From NCBI RefSeq assembly GCF_056712565.1, contig NZ_CM160072.1: DNA of 64,000 nucleotides, one strand, 5' to 3'. The notes beneath the pieces are model-generated. The model worked only from the letters and a program-made list of their open reading frames with translations. It did not search any database and had not been told where the DNA came from. A program made the position numbers and the translations under genes. Shown here in pieces: positions 1 through 10,913 of this stretch. The number at the start of each line of letters is the position of its first letter. Position 1 is the first letter of the stretch.

Positions 1-546
1 CTGTTCGAAACCAAAATCGAACAGTTGGCAGATGAAATTGAAAATATCTACAGCGACCTGGAGCAGTTGAGCCGGGTAATTATGGAAGGGCATCAGGGCG
101 ATGAGTACGACGAGGCGCTCTCCACGCTGGCGGAACTGGAAGATATCGGCTGGAAAGTTCGCCTGTGTCTGATGGATACCCAGCGCGCGCTCAACTTCCT
201 GGTACGTAAAGCACGCTTACCGGGTGGGCAACTGGAGCAGGCGCGTGAAATCCTGCGAGATATCGAATCCCTGCTGCCGCATAACGAATCCCTGTTCCAG
301 AAGGTGAACTTCCTGATGCAGGCGGCGATGGGCTTTATCAATATCGAGCAGAACCGCATCATCAAAATCTTCTCGGTGGTATCCGTGGTGTTCCTGCCAC
401 CGACGCTGGTCGCTTCCAGCTACGGGATGAACTTTGAGTTTATGCCGGAACTGAAGTGGAGCTTCGGCTACCCAGGCGCGATTATCTTTATGATCCTCGC
501 GGGCCTGGCACCGTATCTGTACTTTAAGCGGAAGAACTGGTTGTAA
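1..546 (+). CDS. corA: Magnesium/cobalt transporter CorA, C-terminal part (5' end lies outside the window)
   Basis: ORF translation ends ...[41 protein letters not shown], carrying the GMN signature and C-terminal TM helices typical of CorA; gene order matches K-12. Confidence 0.93.
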   Translation: MFETKIEQLADEIENIYSDLEQLSRVIMEGHQGDEYDEALSTLAELEDIGWKVRLCLMDTQRALNFLVRKARLPGGQLEQAREILRDIESLLPHNESLFQKVNFLMQAAMGFINIEQNRIIKIFSVVSVVFLPPTLVASSYGMNFEFMPELKWSFGYPGAIIFMILAGLAPYLYFKRKNWL

Positions 547-581
547 TATAAATGCCGGGTAAAGATTGTTCTTTATCCGGC

Positions 582-1079
582 TTATTGCTGAAAATTGTCT
601 TTTTCAAAGTCATGCGGGTTGAACACTCGCTCTATCTTATTTTCCTGGGTTAGTTGATACTCATTGTTATCAGCAATAAAAAAATGAGTATTACGGTAAG
701 GATATTCATTAATAACCATTAAATAGTTTTTTACGATGCAATTATCATTGCTCTTAATCGTCGGGAAACAGTAGAGATCTTCATACGGCCCTTCGATATA
801 TTTTTTATAGTCAGTGAAGCCATTACCGATATCAATAACATACCAGGTATGCCAACTATCTTCTGGTAGGGGATTTTGACTTTTAATTTCATCCTGATGC
901 TTCAGATACCAATTTATTTTATCGCTATCAGTCCATGGCAGATGATCAACGACCAGAAAGACTGAATTGCCAGCATCAGAGTATGTATACAAAATCTGTA
1001 CAGGACGCAATATCCATAAATTATAGATGCAGCATAGAAGAAATAAATATAATATAATTTTCTGGAGTTTTCTTTTCAT
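582..1079 (-). CDS. Hypothetical 165-aa protein with N-terminal hydrophobic signal/anchor (candidate immunity or accessory partner)
   Basis: ORF in an AT-rich stretch; N-terminus MKRKLQKIILYLFLLCCIYNLWIL is hydrophobic; start overlaps the upstream ORF stop by 4 bp (ATGA coupling). No recognisable family. Confidence 0.55.
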   Translation of the reverse strand: MKRKLQKIILYLFLLCCIYNLWILRPVQILYTYSDAGNSVFLVVDHLPWTDSDKINWYLKHQDEIKSQNPLPEDSWHTWYVIDIGNGFTDYKKYIEGPYEDLYCFPTIKSNDNCIVKNYLMVINEYPYRNTHFFIADNNEYQLTQENKIERVFNPHDFEKDNFQQ

Positions 1080-1924
1080 AGATAATTTTCGATTCTTTCG
1101 ATAGTGTTAAAATTGGTGAAAAAAGGTTTGAAAGCAAAGTCTTTATGCCGTTGTAAAAAGAACCATATGCGAAAAAATCTATACTTGTTGTAAATCTTGT
1201 TTTTTATATCAGTCACATCCAAACCAAAGTGGTCTTGTGCTATGAAATGAATGGTAGCGCTCCAGCCCATAGGATATTTTTGAAAATTTAAAAGAGATAT
1301 TTTTTGAGCTGAGATATCATGAATGCTGATTCCCAGGCCATTAAAATTATCTTTAAAATCATTGAATTTATTTAGTCTTGATGAAAGTAATTCGGTCTTA
1401 ATCTTTTGTAGGAGAAGAGGCCGGTATCCTATCGTAGGTGTTGAAGAAATATCATTTTCGATACATTCTTTGATTACACGTATTGGGCTATTATAATCAT
1501 ATTTGTTTATTCGTTCATGAAAAGATAAGTTCAATTCCTGGCTATGGAAACTGTTGCCATTTTCATATCTAAAATGATCAATCAGATCCTGGATGAGTGT
1601 TTTGTATTGTCCAAAAAAGGAAAACATTTTTGCCAGATCTTTCATTTCTGCAAATAAAATATCAATACATTCACTTTGTGATATTTTTGTTCCAGAAGTT
1701 GGAACACTAAAAGCACCATAAGTAGAATTCGGCCCAGGAAAATGGTATTTAATGAGGCGGTAAGGATCAACTTTTGCAGAGATGTCGCTTAAGCCGAGAG
1801 AGAGAAAATCTTGTTCTTCCATATCCCCATACTGCATATCATCAGCAGAAAAATCATCGAATAAAGTAATAGTTTCGAAAAGTGTACAGGGCATATTAAT
1901 TGATGAGCCTAATATGTTGTTCAT
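1076..1924 (-). CDS. Hypothetical 282-aa protein (candidate effector/toxin or defence component)
   Basis: Long ORF in AT-rich DNA, translationally coupled to the downstream 165-aa ORF; no recognisable motif by eye. Confidence 0.55.
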   Translation of the reverse strand: MNNILGSSINMPCTLFETITLFDDFSADDMQYGDMEEQDFLSLGLSDISAKVDPYRLIKYHFPGPNSTYGAFSVPTSGTKISQSECIDILFAEMKDLAKMFSFFGQYKTLIQDLIDHFRYENGNSFHSQELNLSFHERINKYDYNSPIRVIKECIENDISSTPTIGYRPLLLQKIKTELLSSRLNKFNDFKDNFNGLGISIHDISAQKISLLNFQKYPMGWSATIHFIAQDHFGLDVTDIKNKIYNKYRFFRIWFFLQRHKDFAFKPFFTNFNTIERIENYL

Positions 1925-2234
1925 TTATATTCTCCTTTCTTATAATTAAGGGCAATGTTAATTTGATAAGAAATAATAGGGTAAAAAAATTTTAAAAAAG
2001 AAATGCACTTCACATTTTTTATTACATTCTGAAGATAACTTGGTTAATGATTGGTCTTGCTCATCGCTAATAACATAATGATGAATTTACCAAAAATGAA
2101 ATTTATTAAAGCAAATGAAAATATACAACGACGTCTGGAAATTCTGCCTTTCCTTATGTGAGTCTCCTGTCAGCATGGCAATATGCCCACTCTCATGCAA
2201 GAGTCGGCATATTTTTTCAGAATATATTTATTTT

Positions 2235-3125
2235 TTATTTGGACGTTCTACGCTGCGTATAAATCGCATCCATCACAAAAATTGCCAGCGCCACCCAAAT
2301 AAAGGTGAAAGTTACCATCTTATCGGCACCCGGTTTTTCACCATAAAACGTCACAGCCAGCAGGAACATCAGCGTCGGACCAATGTACTGGAAAAAGCCT
2401 AACGTTGAGAGACGCAGGCGTGTCGCCGCTGCAGTAAAACACAACAGTGGCACGGTGGTGACAATACCGGCGGCGATCAGCAGTAAATTCAGCGACATCG
2501 GGTTTTGCCCCATATGACTGGTTGAGCTGTCGGCAATAGCAAACAGGTAAATCGCCGCCACGGGCAGCAACCACATAGTTTCGATTAACATGCCGGTTTG
2601 CGCTTCAACAGCAATCTTCTTGCGCACCAGGCCGTAGAAAGCAAAACTAAACGCCAGCCCCAGCGCGATGATCGGCAGTGAACCAAAAGTCCACAACTGA
2701 ACCAGCACTCCACATATCGCCAGAATCACCGCCAGCCATTGCATCCGGCGGAATCGCTCGCCGAGGAAAATCATCCCCAGCACAATGTTCACCAGCGGGT
2801 TAATAAAGTAACCAAGGCTCGCTTCCAGCATATGGTGATTGTTCACCGCCCAGATAAACAGTAGCCAGTTGCCGCCAATCAGCACGGCAGAGACTGCCAG
2901 CATAAAAATTTTCTGTGGCGTCTGAATCAGCGTTTTTAAATAGGACCACTGGCGGCAAATGCTCATCAGCACCACCATAAAGAAAAACGACCAGATCACG
3001 CGATGCGTCAGGATCTCATCGGCGGGCACGTAGTAAATCAGTTTGAAGTACGCTGGCGCAATACCCCAAATAAAATAAGCGGCAAGAGCGAGTAATACGC
3101 CCTGCCGCGTTTGTTTTGCATCCAT
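2235..3125 (-). CDS. rarD: RarD, EamA/DMT-family transporter
   Basis: 296-aa polytopic membrane protein; sequence and position (between corA and yigI) match K-12 RarD. Confidence 0.93.
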   Translation of the reverse strand: MDAKQTRQGVLLALAAYFIWGIAPAYFKLIYYVPADEILTHRVIWSFFFMVVLMSICRQWSYLKTLIQTPQKIFMLAVSAVLIGGNWLLFIWAVNNHHMLEASLGYFINPLVNIVLGMIFLGERFRRMQWLAVILAICGVLVQLWTFGSLPIIALGLAFSFAFYGLVRKKIAVEAQTGMLIETMWLLPVAAIYLFAIADSSTSHMGQNPMSLNLLLIAAGIVTTVPLLCFTAAATRLRLSTLGFFQYIGPTLMFLLAVTFYGEKPGADKMVTFTFIWVALAIFVMDAIYTQRRTSK

Positions 3126-3176
3126 CGGGAATACTCATTTTTAATTGGTAACAGCAGTTTACCTGCTTTTATGTCT

Positions 3177-3644
3177 TCAACCTACCATATAGGTGGCGGT
3201 GGCACTGGCAATATAAAGCTGTTCTTCATTGTGTAATTCAACGCGGGCGACGGCGACTTTATTGCCTGCACGTAACAGGCTACTGGTAGCAGTAAAACGC
3301 TCGCCTCTGCCTGGGCGCAGATAATCGACGCGAAGATCAATGGTCCCCATCCGCGATAGCCGCTGGCGTAGTTCATCTTCACTGATGGTTTCGTGGCGGG
3401 TTAAGGTACTTCCCACGCACACCAGACCTGCGGCGACATCCAGCGCCGACGCAATGACCCCGCCGTGTAAAATGCTTTGCGCCCAGTTGCCCACCATCAT
3501 CGGCTGATTTTTAAAGGCCAGCTGTGCGAACTCTTTTTCGTAACGCTCCAGTTCCATCCCCAATGCGCGGTTAAATGGTATGTGATAAACAAACATCTCA
3601 CCCACTAATTTGAGGGCTTGTTCAGCGGTCAGTACGGCAGACAT
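3177..3644 (-). CDS. yigI: Hotdog-fold acyl-CoA thioesterase YigI
   Basis: ORF translation from internal Met [18 protein letters not shown]... (155 aa) matches recalled K-12 YigI; ORF-track start is 6 codons upstream. Confidence 0.88.
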   Translation of the reverse strand: MSAVLTAEQALKLVGEMFVYHIPFNRALGMELERYEKEFAQLAFKNQPMMVGNWAQSILHGGVIASALDVAAGLVCVGSTLTRHETISEDELRQRLSRMGTIDLRVDYLRPGRGERFTATSSLLRAGNKVAVARVELHNEEQLYIASATATYMVG

Positions 3645-3808
3645 AACATCCTTACACTTCATTGGTTAATGAAATGTTGATTTTATGCTTCTTTGTTGTT
3701 GGTTTCTACTTTAGGAAGGGATAACTAACGGCTATGGAGTTAAGTATGTAAAATAGCCCGCAGAAAAATATTCACCTTATCAATAATTCGTTACGGAGAA
3801 CACGAGCG

Positions 3809-4678
3809 ATGCGGACTCTGCAGGGCTGGTTGTTGCCGGTGTTTATGTTGCCTATGGCAGTATATGCACAAGAGGCAACGGTGAAAGAGGTGCATGACGC
3901 GCCAGCGGTGCGTGGCAGTATTATCGCCAATATGCTGCAGGAGCATGACAATCCGTTCACCCTTTATCCTTATGACACCAACTACATCATCTACACCCAA
4001 ACCAGCGATCTGAATAAAGAAGCGATTGCCAGTTACGACTGGGCGGAAAACGCGCGTAAGGATGAAGTAAAGTTCCAGTTGAGCCTGGCGTTTCCGCTGT
4101 GGCGTGGGATTTTGGGGCCAAACTCTGTACTGGGCGCCTCCTACACACAGAAATCCTGGTGGCAGCTTTCTAATAGCGATGAGTCATCACCGTTTCGTGA
4201 AACTAACTACGAACCGCAATTGTTCCTCGGTTTTGCCACGGATTACAACTTTGCTGGCTGGACGCTGCGCGATGTGGAAATGGGCTACAACCACGACTCA
4301 AACGGGCGTTCAGACCCGACTTCCCGCAGCTGGAACCGCCTTTATACCCGCCTGATGGCAGAAAACGGTAACTGGCTGGTAGAGGTGAAGCCGTGGTATG
4401 TGGTGGGGAATACGGACGATAACCCGGACATCACCAAATATATGGGTTACTACCAGCTTAAAATCGGCTATCACCTCGGTGATGCGGTACTGAGCGCGAA
4501 AGGGCAGTACAACTGGAACACCGGTTACGGCGGCGCGGAGTTAGGCTTAAGCTACCCGATCACCAAACATGTGCGCCTTTATACTCAGGTTTACAGCGGT
4601 TACGGCGAATCGCTCATCGACTATAACTTCAACCAGACCCGCGTTGGTGTGGGAGTTATGCTAAACGACCTGTTTTGA
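3809..4678 (+). CDS. pldA: Outer-membrane phospholipase A
   Basis: 289 aa with signal peptide MRTLQGWLLPVFMLPMAVYAQEA and a C-terminal beta-barrel ending ...VGVGVMLNDLF; matches recalled PldA. Confidence 0.95.
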   Translation: MRTLQGWLLPVFMLPMAVYAQEATVKEVHDAPAVRGSIIANMLQEHDNPFTLYPYDTNYIIYTQTSDLNKEAIASYDWAENARKDEVKFQLSLAFPLWRGILGPNSVLGASYTQKSWWQLSNSDESSPFRETNYEPQLFLGFATDYNFAGWTLRDVEMGYNHDSNGRSDPTSRSWNRLYTRLMAENGNWLVEVKPWYVVGNTDDNPDITKYMGYYQLKIGYHLGDAVLSAKGQYNWNTGYGGAELGLSYPITKHVRLYTQVYSGYGESLIDYNFNQTRVGVGVMLNDLF

Positions 4679-4753
4679 TGAATGGTTGGCAAATCTGGAA
4701 TCCAGCATCCAGGATTACCCTCTCAGAGACTAAAAGCATTGCAGTTTCTCGCG

Positions 4754-4783
4754 CAGGCGCTGAAAATAGCGCCTGTTTTTATT
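4754..4783 (+). terminator. Rho-independent terminator downstream of pldA
   Basis: Inverted repeat caggcgc...gcgcctg followed by a TTTTT run at 4776-4780. Confidence 0.6.
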
Positions 4784-4802
4784 TCAGGCAATCGGGGTGA
4801 AT

Positions 4803-6632
4803 GTGGCGCAGGCGGAAGTGTTGAATCTGGAGTCCGGAGCTAAACAGGTTTTACAAGAAACCTTTGGCTACCAACAGTTTCGCCCCGGCCAGGAAGAGAT
4901 TATCGACACCGTACTTTCCGGTCGCGATTGCCTGGTCGTCATGCCCACTGGTGGCGGAAAATCCCTTTGCTATCAAATCCCTGCCTTATTGCTAAACGGC
5001 CTTACCGTGGTTGTTTCACCGCTGATTTCCTTGATGAAAGATCAGGTGGATCAACTGCAAGCCAACGGCGTGGCGGCGGCGTGCCTTAACTCGACGCAAA
5101 CCCGCGAGCAGCAACTTGAAGTTATGACAGGCTGTCGCACCGGGCAAATCCGCCTGCTTTATATCGCGCCGGAACGCCTGATGCTGGATAACTTTCTTGA
5201 GCATCTGGCGCACTGGAATCCGGTGTTATTAGCCGTTGATGAAGCGCACTGTATCTCCCAATGGGGCCACGATTTCCGCCCGGAATACGCTGCCCTCGGT
5301 CAGCTGCGTCAGCGTTTTCCGACGCTGCCGTTTATGGCGCTGACTGCCACCGCCGACGACACCACGCGCCAGGATATCGTGCGCCTGCTGGGGCTGAACG
5401 ATCCGCTAATTCAAATCAGCAGTTTTGACCGTCCGAATATTCGCTACATGCTGATGGAGAAATTCAAACCGCTCGATCAGTTGATGCGTTATGTACAGGA
5501 ACAACGCGGTAAGTCGGGGATTATTTACTGTAATAGTCGTGCGAAAGTAGAAGACACCGCTGCGCGCCTGCAAAGCAAGGGAATTAGCGCGGCGGCCTAT
5601 CATGCCGGGCTGGAAAATAATGTTCGCGCTGATGTGCAGGAAAAATTCCAGCGCGATGACCTGCAAATTGTGGTGGCGACGGTGGCGTTCGGCATGGGCA
5701 TCAACAAGCCTAACGTTCGCTTCGTGGTGCATTTTGATATTCCGCGCAATATCGAATCCTATTATCAGGAAACTGGACGCGCCGGGCGTGATGGCCTGCC
5801 CGCGGAAGCGATGCTGTTTTACGATCCGGCTGATATGGCGTGGCTGCGCCGTTGTCTGGAAGAGAAGCCGCAGGGGCAGTTGCAGGATATCGAACGTCAT
5901 AAACTCAATGCGATGGGCGCGTTTGCCGAAGCGCAAACTTGTCGTCGTTTGGTATTGCTGAACTATTTTGGCGAAGGGCGTCAGGAGCCGTGCGGGAACT
6001 GCGATATCTGCCTCGATCCGCCGAAACAGTACGACGGTTCAACCGATGCTCAGATTGCCCTTTCCACCATTGGTCGTGTGAATCAGCGGTTTGGGATGGG
6101 TTATGTGGTGGAAGTGATTCGCGGTGCTAATAACCAGCGTATCCGCGACTATGGTCATGACAAACTGAAAGTCTATGGCATGGGCCGTGATAAAAGCCAT
6201 GAACATTGGGTGAGCGTGATCCGCCAGCTGATTCACCTCGGCCTGGTGACGCAAAATATTGCCCAGCATTCTGCCCTACAACTGACAGAGGCTGCGCGTC
6301 CGGTGCTGCGCGGCGAATCCTCTTTGCAACTTGCCGTGCCGCGTATCGTGGCGCTCAAACCGAAAGCGATGCAGAAATCGTTCGGCGGCAACTATGATCG
6401 CAAACTGTTCGCCAAATTACGCAAACTGCGTAAATCGATTGCCGATGAAAGCAATGTCCCGCCGTACGTGGTGTTTAACGACGCAACCTTGATTGAGATG
6501 GCGGAGCAGATGCCGATCACCGCCAGCGAAATGCTCAGCGTTAACGGCGTTGGTATGCGCAAGCTGGAACGCTTTGGCAAACCGTTTATGGCGCTGATTC
6601 GTGCGCATGTCGATGGTGACGACGAAGAGTAG
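4803..6632 (+). CDS. recQ: ATP-dependent DNA helicase RecQ
   Basis: Helicase motifs (PTGGGKS Walker A, DEAH, HRQ-Zn cysteine cluster) and C-terminal HRDC region; likely GTG start giving 609 aa. Confidence 0.95.
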
Positions 6633-6695
6633 TCAGCAGCATAAAAAAGTGCCAGGATGAAGACTCCGTAAACGTTTCCCCCGCGAGTCTAATGT

Positions 6696-7316
6696 ATGTT
6701 GATGTTATTCCTCACCGTCGCCATGGTGCACATTGTGGCGCTTATGAGCCCCGGTCCCGATTTCTTTTTTGTCTCTCAGACCGCTGTTAGTCGTTCCCGT
6801 AAAGAAGCGATGATGGGCGTGCTGGGCATTACCTGCGGCGTAATGGTTTGGGCTGGGATTGCGTTGCTTGGCCTACATTTGATTATCGAAAAAATGGCCT
6901 GGCTGCATACGCTGATTATGGTGGGCGGTGGCCTGTATCTCTGCTGGATGGGTTACCAGATGCTACGTGGTGCACTGAAAAAAGAGGTTGTTTCTGCCCC
7001 TGCGCCACAAGTCGAACTGGCGAAAAGCGGGCGCAGTTTTCTTAAGGGCTTACTGACCAATCTCGCGAACCCTAAAGCGATTATCTACTTTGGTTCGGTG
7101 TTCTCGCTGTTTGTCGGTGATAATGTCGGCACCACCGAACGCTGGGGCATTTTCGCGTTGATTATTGTCGAAACACTGGCGTGGTTTACCGTCGTTGCCA
7201 GCCTGTTTGCTCTGCCGCAAATGCGCCGTGGTTATCAACGTCTGGCGAAGTGGATTGATGGTTTTGCCGGGGCGTTATTTGCCGGATTTGGCATTCATTT
7301 GATTATTTCGCGTTAA
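6696..7316 (+). CDS. rhtC: Threonine efflux protein RhtC (LysE family)
   Basis: 206 aa; matches recalled RhtC sequence. Confidence 0.93.
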   Translation: MLMLFLTVAMVHIVALMSPGPDFFFVSQTAVSRSRKEAMMGVLGITCGVMVWAGIALLGLHLIIEKMAWLHTLIMVGGGLYLCWMGYQMLRGALKKEVVSAPAPQVELAKSGRSFLKGLLTNLANPKAIIYFGSVFSLFVGDNVGTTERWGIFALIIVETLAWFTVVASLFALPQMRRGYQRLAKWIDGFAGALFAGFGIHLIISR

Positions 7317-7319
7317 TGC

Positions 7320-7375
7320 CAGATGCGTCATCAGAGTAAGTCGGATAAGGCGTTTACGCCGCATCCGACATTATT
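7320..7375. repeat. REP (repetitive extragenic palindrome) element between convergent rhtC and rhtB
   Basis: Motif ggataaggcgtttacgccgcatccgac, characteristic of E. coli REP/BIME sequences. Confidence 0.7.
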
Positions 7376-7376
7376 T

Positions 7377-7997
7377 TCACGCATGCCTCGCCGATGCTAA
7401 CAGCGCTCCCACCAGCATAAATAACGAGCCGAAAATCTTATTCAGCGCCTTCATCTGCTTTGGTCCTTTAATCCATAGAGCAATCCGTTGAGCAAGGGTG
7501 GCGTAACCGATCATCACAATAATATCGACCACAATAGTGGTGACGCCGAGCACGATATACTGCATCAGTTGTGGCTGCTGCGGCATGATGAATTGCGGAA
7601 ATAGCGCCGCCAGAAACACAATACTTTTGGGATTGGTGAGATTCACAAAAACTGCGCGCTGGAACAAATGTCGACGCGATTGAGTGGAGGCCAGCGATTT
7701 AAGATCAATTGCGCCAGCGGCGCGCCATTGCTGTATTCCCAGCCAAATCAAGTAAGCTGCGCCTGCCCACTTCAACACTTCAAACGCAATCACTGAGCGG
7801 GAAAATAGCGTCCCCAACCCCACGCCAACCAGCACAATATGAATCGCCAGTCCGGTCTGAAGCCCAGCAATAGACGCCACCGCGCCGCGATAACCGTGGT
7901 TGAGCGAGGTGGTCATGGTGTTGATTGCGCCAGAGCCTGGCGACAGGCTTAAAATGATCGATGTCAGCAGGTAGGCAAACCACCATTCTAAGGTCAT
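7377..7997 (-). CDS. rhtB: Homoserine/homoserine-lactone efflux protein RhtB (LysE family)
   Basis: 206 aa, paralogous to rhtC; matches K-12 order. Confidence 0.93.
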
Positions 7998-8107
7998 GAT
8001 GAACTCCCGGTGTGTCTATTTTTGTGCCACAATACGCTACTGTCGCAGCGTTGTGTCAGGCACGCTTAAAAAAACGATTTTACGTGGTTTAAGAGGCAGA
8101 TTACCCG

Positions 8108-9130
8108 ATGTTTCAGCAGCAAAAAGACTGGGAAACAAGAGAAAACGCGTTTGCTGCTTTTACCATGGGACCGCTGACTGATTTCTGGCGTCAGCGTGAT
8201 GAAGCAGAGTTTACTGGTGTGGATGACATTCCGGTTCGCTTTGTCCGTTTTCGCGCACAGCACCATGACCGGGTGGTAGTCATCTGTCCGGGGCGTATTG
8301 AGAGCTACGTAAAATATGCGGAACTGGCCTACGACCTGTTCCATTTGGGGTTTGATGTTTTAATCATCGACCATCGCGGGCAGGGACGTTCCGGTCGCCT
8401 GTTAGGCGATCCACATCTCGGGCATGTTAATCGCTTTAATGATTATGTTGATGATCTGGCGGCATTCTGGCAACAGGAGGTTCAGCCCGGTCCGTGGCGT
8501 AAACGCTATATACTGGCACATTCGATGGGCGGTGCGATCTCCACATTATTTCTGCAACGCCATCCAGGTGTATGTGACGCCATTGCGCTAACTGCGCCAA
8601 TGTTTGGGATTGTGATTCGTATGCCGTCATTTATGGCACGGCAGATCCTCAATTGGGCCGAAGCGCATCCACGTTTCCGTGATGGCTATGCGATAGGCAC
8701 CGGGCGCTGGCGCGCGTTGCCGTTTGCTATCAACGTACTGACCCACAGCAGACAGCGATATCGACGTAACTTACGTTTCTATGCTGATGACCCAACGATT
8801 CGCGTCGGTGGGCCGACCTACCATTGGGTACGCGAAAGTATTCTGGCTGGCGAACAGGTGTTAGCCGGTGCGGGTGATGACGCCACGCCAACGCTTCTCT
8901 TACAAGCTGAAGAGGAACGCGTGGTGGATAACCGCATGCACGACCGTTTTTGTGAACTACGCACCGCTGCGGGCCATCCTGTCGAAGGAGGACGGCCGTT
9001 GGTAATTAAAGGTGCGTACCATGAGATCCTTTTTGAAAAGGACGCAATGCGCTCAGTCGCGCTCCACGCTATCGTTGATTTTTTCAACAGGCATAACTCA
9101 CCCAGCGGAAACCGCTCTACAGAGGTTTAA
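8108..9130 (+). CDS. pldB: Lysophospholipase L2
   Basis: 340 aa alpha/beta hydrolase with GHSMGG nucleophile elbow; matches K-12 position. Confidence 0.93.
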   Translation: MFQQQKDWETRENAFAAFTMGPLTDFWRQRDEAEFTGVDDIPVRFVRFRAQHHDRVVVICPGRIESYVKYAELAYDLFHLGFDVLIIDHRGQGRSGRLLGDPHLGHVNRFNDYVDDLAAFWQQEVQPGPWRKRYILAHSMGGAISTLFLQRHPGVCDAIALTAPMFGIVIRMPSFMARQILNWAEAHPRFRDGYAIGTGRWRALPFAINVLTHSRQRYRRNLRFYADDPTIRVGGPTYHWVRESILAGEQVLAGAGDDATPTLLLQAEEERVVDNRMHDRFCELRTAAGHPVEGGRPLVIKGAYHEILFEKDAMRSVALHAIVDFFNRHNSPSGNRSTEV

Positions 9131-9137
9131 ATTTCTT

Positions 9138-9938
9138 ATGTACCAGGTTGTTGCGTCTGATTTAGATGGCACGTTACTTTCTCCCGACCATACGTTATCC
9201 CCTTACGCCAAAGAAACTCTGAAGCTGCTCACCGCGCGCGGCATCAACTTTGTGTTTGCGACCGGTCGTCACCACGTTGATGTGGGGCAAATTCGCGATA
9301 ATCTGGAGATTAAGTCTTACATGATTACCTCCAATGGCGCGCGCGTTCACGACCTCGATGGCAACCTGATTTTTGCTCATAACCTGGATCGCGACATTGC
9401 CAGTGACCTGTTTGGCGTAGTCAACGACAATCCGGACATCATTACTAACGTTTATCGCGACGACGAATGGTTTATGAATCGCCATCGCCCGGAAGAGATG
9501 CGCTTTTTTAAAGAAGCGGTGTTCAAATATGCGCTGTATGAGCCGGGATTGCTGGAGCCGGAAGGCGTCAGCAAAGTGTTCTTCACCTGCGATTCCCATG
9601 AAAAACTTCTGCCACTGGAGCAAGCGATTAACGCTCGCTGGGGCGATCGCGTCAATGTCAGTTTCTCTACCTTAACCTGCCTGGAAGTCATGGCTGGCGG
9701 CGTTTCAAAAGGCCATGCGCTGGAAGCGGTGGCTAAGAAACTGGGCTACAGTCTGAAGGATTGTATTGCGTTTGGTGATGGGATGAACGACGCCGAAATG
9801 CTGTCGATGGCGGGGAAAGGCTGCATTATGGGCAGTGCGCACCAGCGTCTGAAAGATCTGCATCCAGAGCTGGAAGTGATTGGTACTAACGCCGAAGACG
9901 CAGTGCCGCATTATCTGCGTAAGCTCTATTTATCGTAA
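9138..9938 (+). CDS. yigL: Cof-type HAD sugar phosphatase YigL
   Basis: Translation from MYQVVASDLDGTLL (HAD motif I DxDGT), 266 aa; the ORF-track start is a spurious upstream extension overlapping pldB. Confidence 0.92.
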   Translation: MYQVVASDLDGTLLSPDHTLSPYAKETLKLLTARGINFVFATGRHHVDVGQIRDNLEIKSYMITSNGARVHDLDGNLIFAHNLDRDIASDLFGVVNDNPDIITNVYRDDEWFMNRHRPEEMRFFKEAVFKYALYEPGLLEPEGVSKVFFTCDSHEKLLPLEQAINARWGDRVNVSFSTLTCLEVMAGGVSKGHALEAVAKKLGYSLKDCIAFGDGMNDAEMLSMAGKGCIMGSAHQRLKDLHPELEVIGTNAEDAVPHYLRKLYLS

Positions 9939-10013
9939 TCGTTCTTTATTTGGTCAGTTGTCAACCTGATACTTCGCTACAATGGCTACTCGTTAATCAA
10001 AGAGTTTTCCATT

Positions 10014-10913
10014 GTGGCGCTACTTATCATCACCACGATTCTGTGGGCCTTCTCCTTTAGCTTTTATGGCGAGTACCTTGCGGGGCACGTCGATAGCTAT
10101 TTTGCGGTGCTGGTGCGCGTTGGCCTGGCGGCACTCGTTTTTCTGCCGTTTCTGCGTACCCGTGGCAATAGCCTGAAAACGGTCGGCCTGTATATGCTGG
10201 TGGGCGCGATGCAGCTCGGTGTGATGTATATGCTGAGTTTCCGCGCCTATCTCTACCTGACGGTCTCCGAACTGTTGCTGTTCACCGTACTGACGCCGCT
10301 CTACATCACGCTGATTTATGACATCATGAGTAAGCGCCGTCTGCGCTGGGGCTATGCCTTTAGCGCCTTGCTGGCGGTGATTGGTGCCGGGATTATTCGC
10401 TATGATCAGGTCACCGACCATTTCTGGACTGGCTTATTGCTGGTGCAACTCTCCAATATCACTTTTGCCATCGGCATGGTGGGTTACAAACGTCTGATGG
10501 AAACTCGCCCGATGCCGCAGCATAACGCCTTTGCGTGGTTCTATCTTGGCGCGTTCCTGGTGGCAGTGATTGCATGGTTCTTGCTGGGAAATGCGCAGAA
10601 AATGCCGCAAACCACGTTGCAATGGGGCATTCTGGTGTTTCTTGGTGTGGTGGCTTCCGGGATTGGCTACTTTATGTGGAACTACGGCGCGACGCAGGTG
10701 GACGCCGGAACGCTGGGCATTATGAATAATATGCACGTTCCGGCAGGGCTGCTGGTAAACCTGGCTATCTGGCACCAACAGCCGCACTGGCCAACGTTTA
10801 TTACAGGCGCGCTGGTGATCCTGGCCTCACTGTGGGTGCATCGTAAGTGGGTCGCTCCGCGCTCTTCACAAACGGCAGATGATCGCAGGCGTGATTGCGC
10901 GCTGAACGAATAA
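10014..10913 (+). CDS. yigM: EamA-family transporter YigM (biotin transporter BioP)
   Basis: 299-aa 10-TM protein; 3' end overlaps convergent metR as in K-12. Confidence 0.9.
   Translation: MALLIITTILWAFSFSFYGEYLAGHVDSYFAVLVRVGLAALVFLPFLRTRGNSLKTVGLYMLVGAMQLGVMYMLSFRAYLYLTVSELLLFTVLTPLYITLIYDIMSKRRLRWGYAFSALLAVIGAGIIRYDQVTDHFWTGLLLVQLSNITFAIGMVGYKRLMETRPMPQHNAFAWFYLGAFLVAVIAWFLLGNAQKMPQTTLQWGILVFLGVVASGIGYFMWNYGATQVDAGTLGIMNNMHVPAGLLVNLAIWHQQPHWPTFITGALVILASLWVHRKWVAPRSSQTADDRRRDCALNE

Noticed and set aside
93-365. 90-aa ORF antisense to corA
   Set aside because: Embedded in the corA coding sequence on the opposite strand; Ser/Arg-rich translation typical of an antisense artefact.
2115-2402. 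95-aa plus-strand ORF in the corA-rarD region
   Set aside because: It overlaps the 3' end of rarD on the opposite strand and has no start context or coupling; the two minus-strand ORFs account for the coding capacity here.
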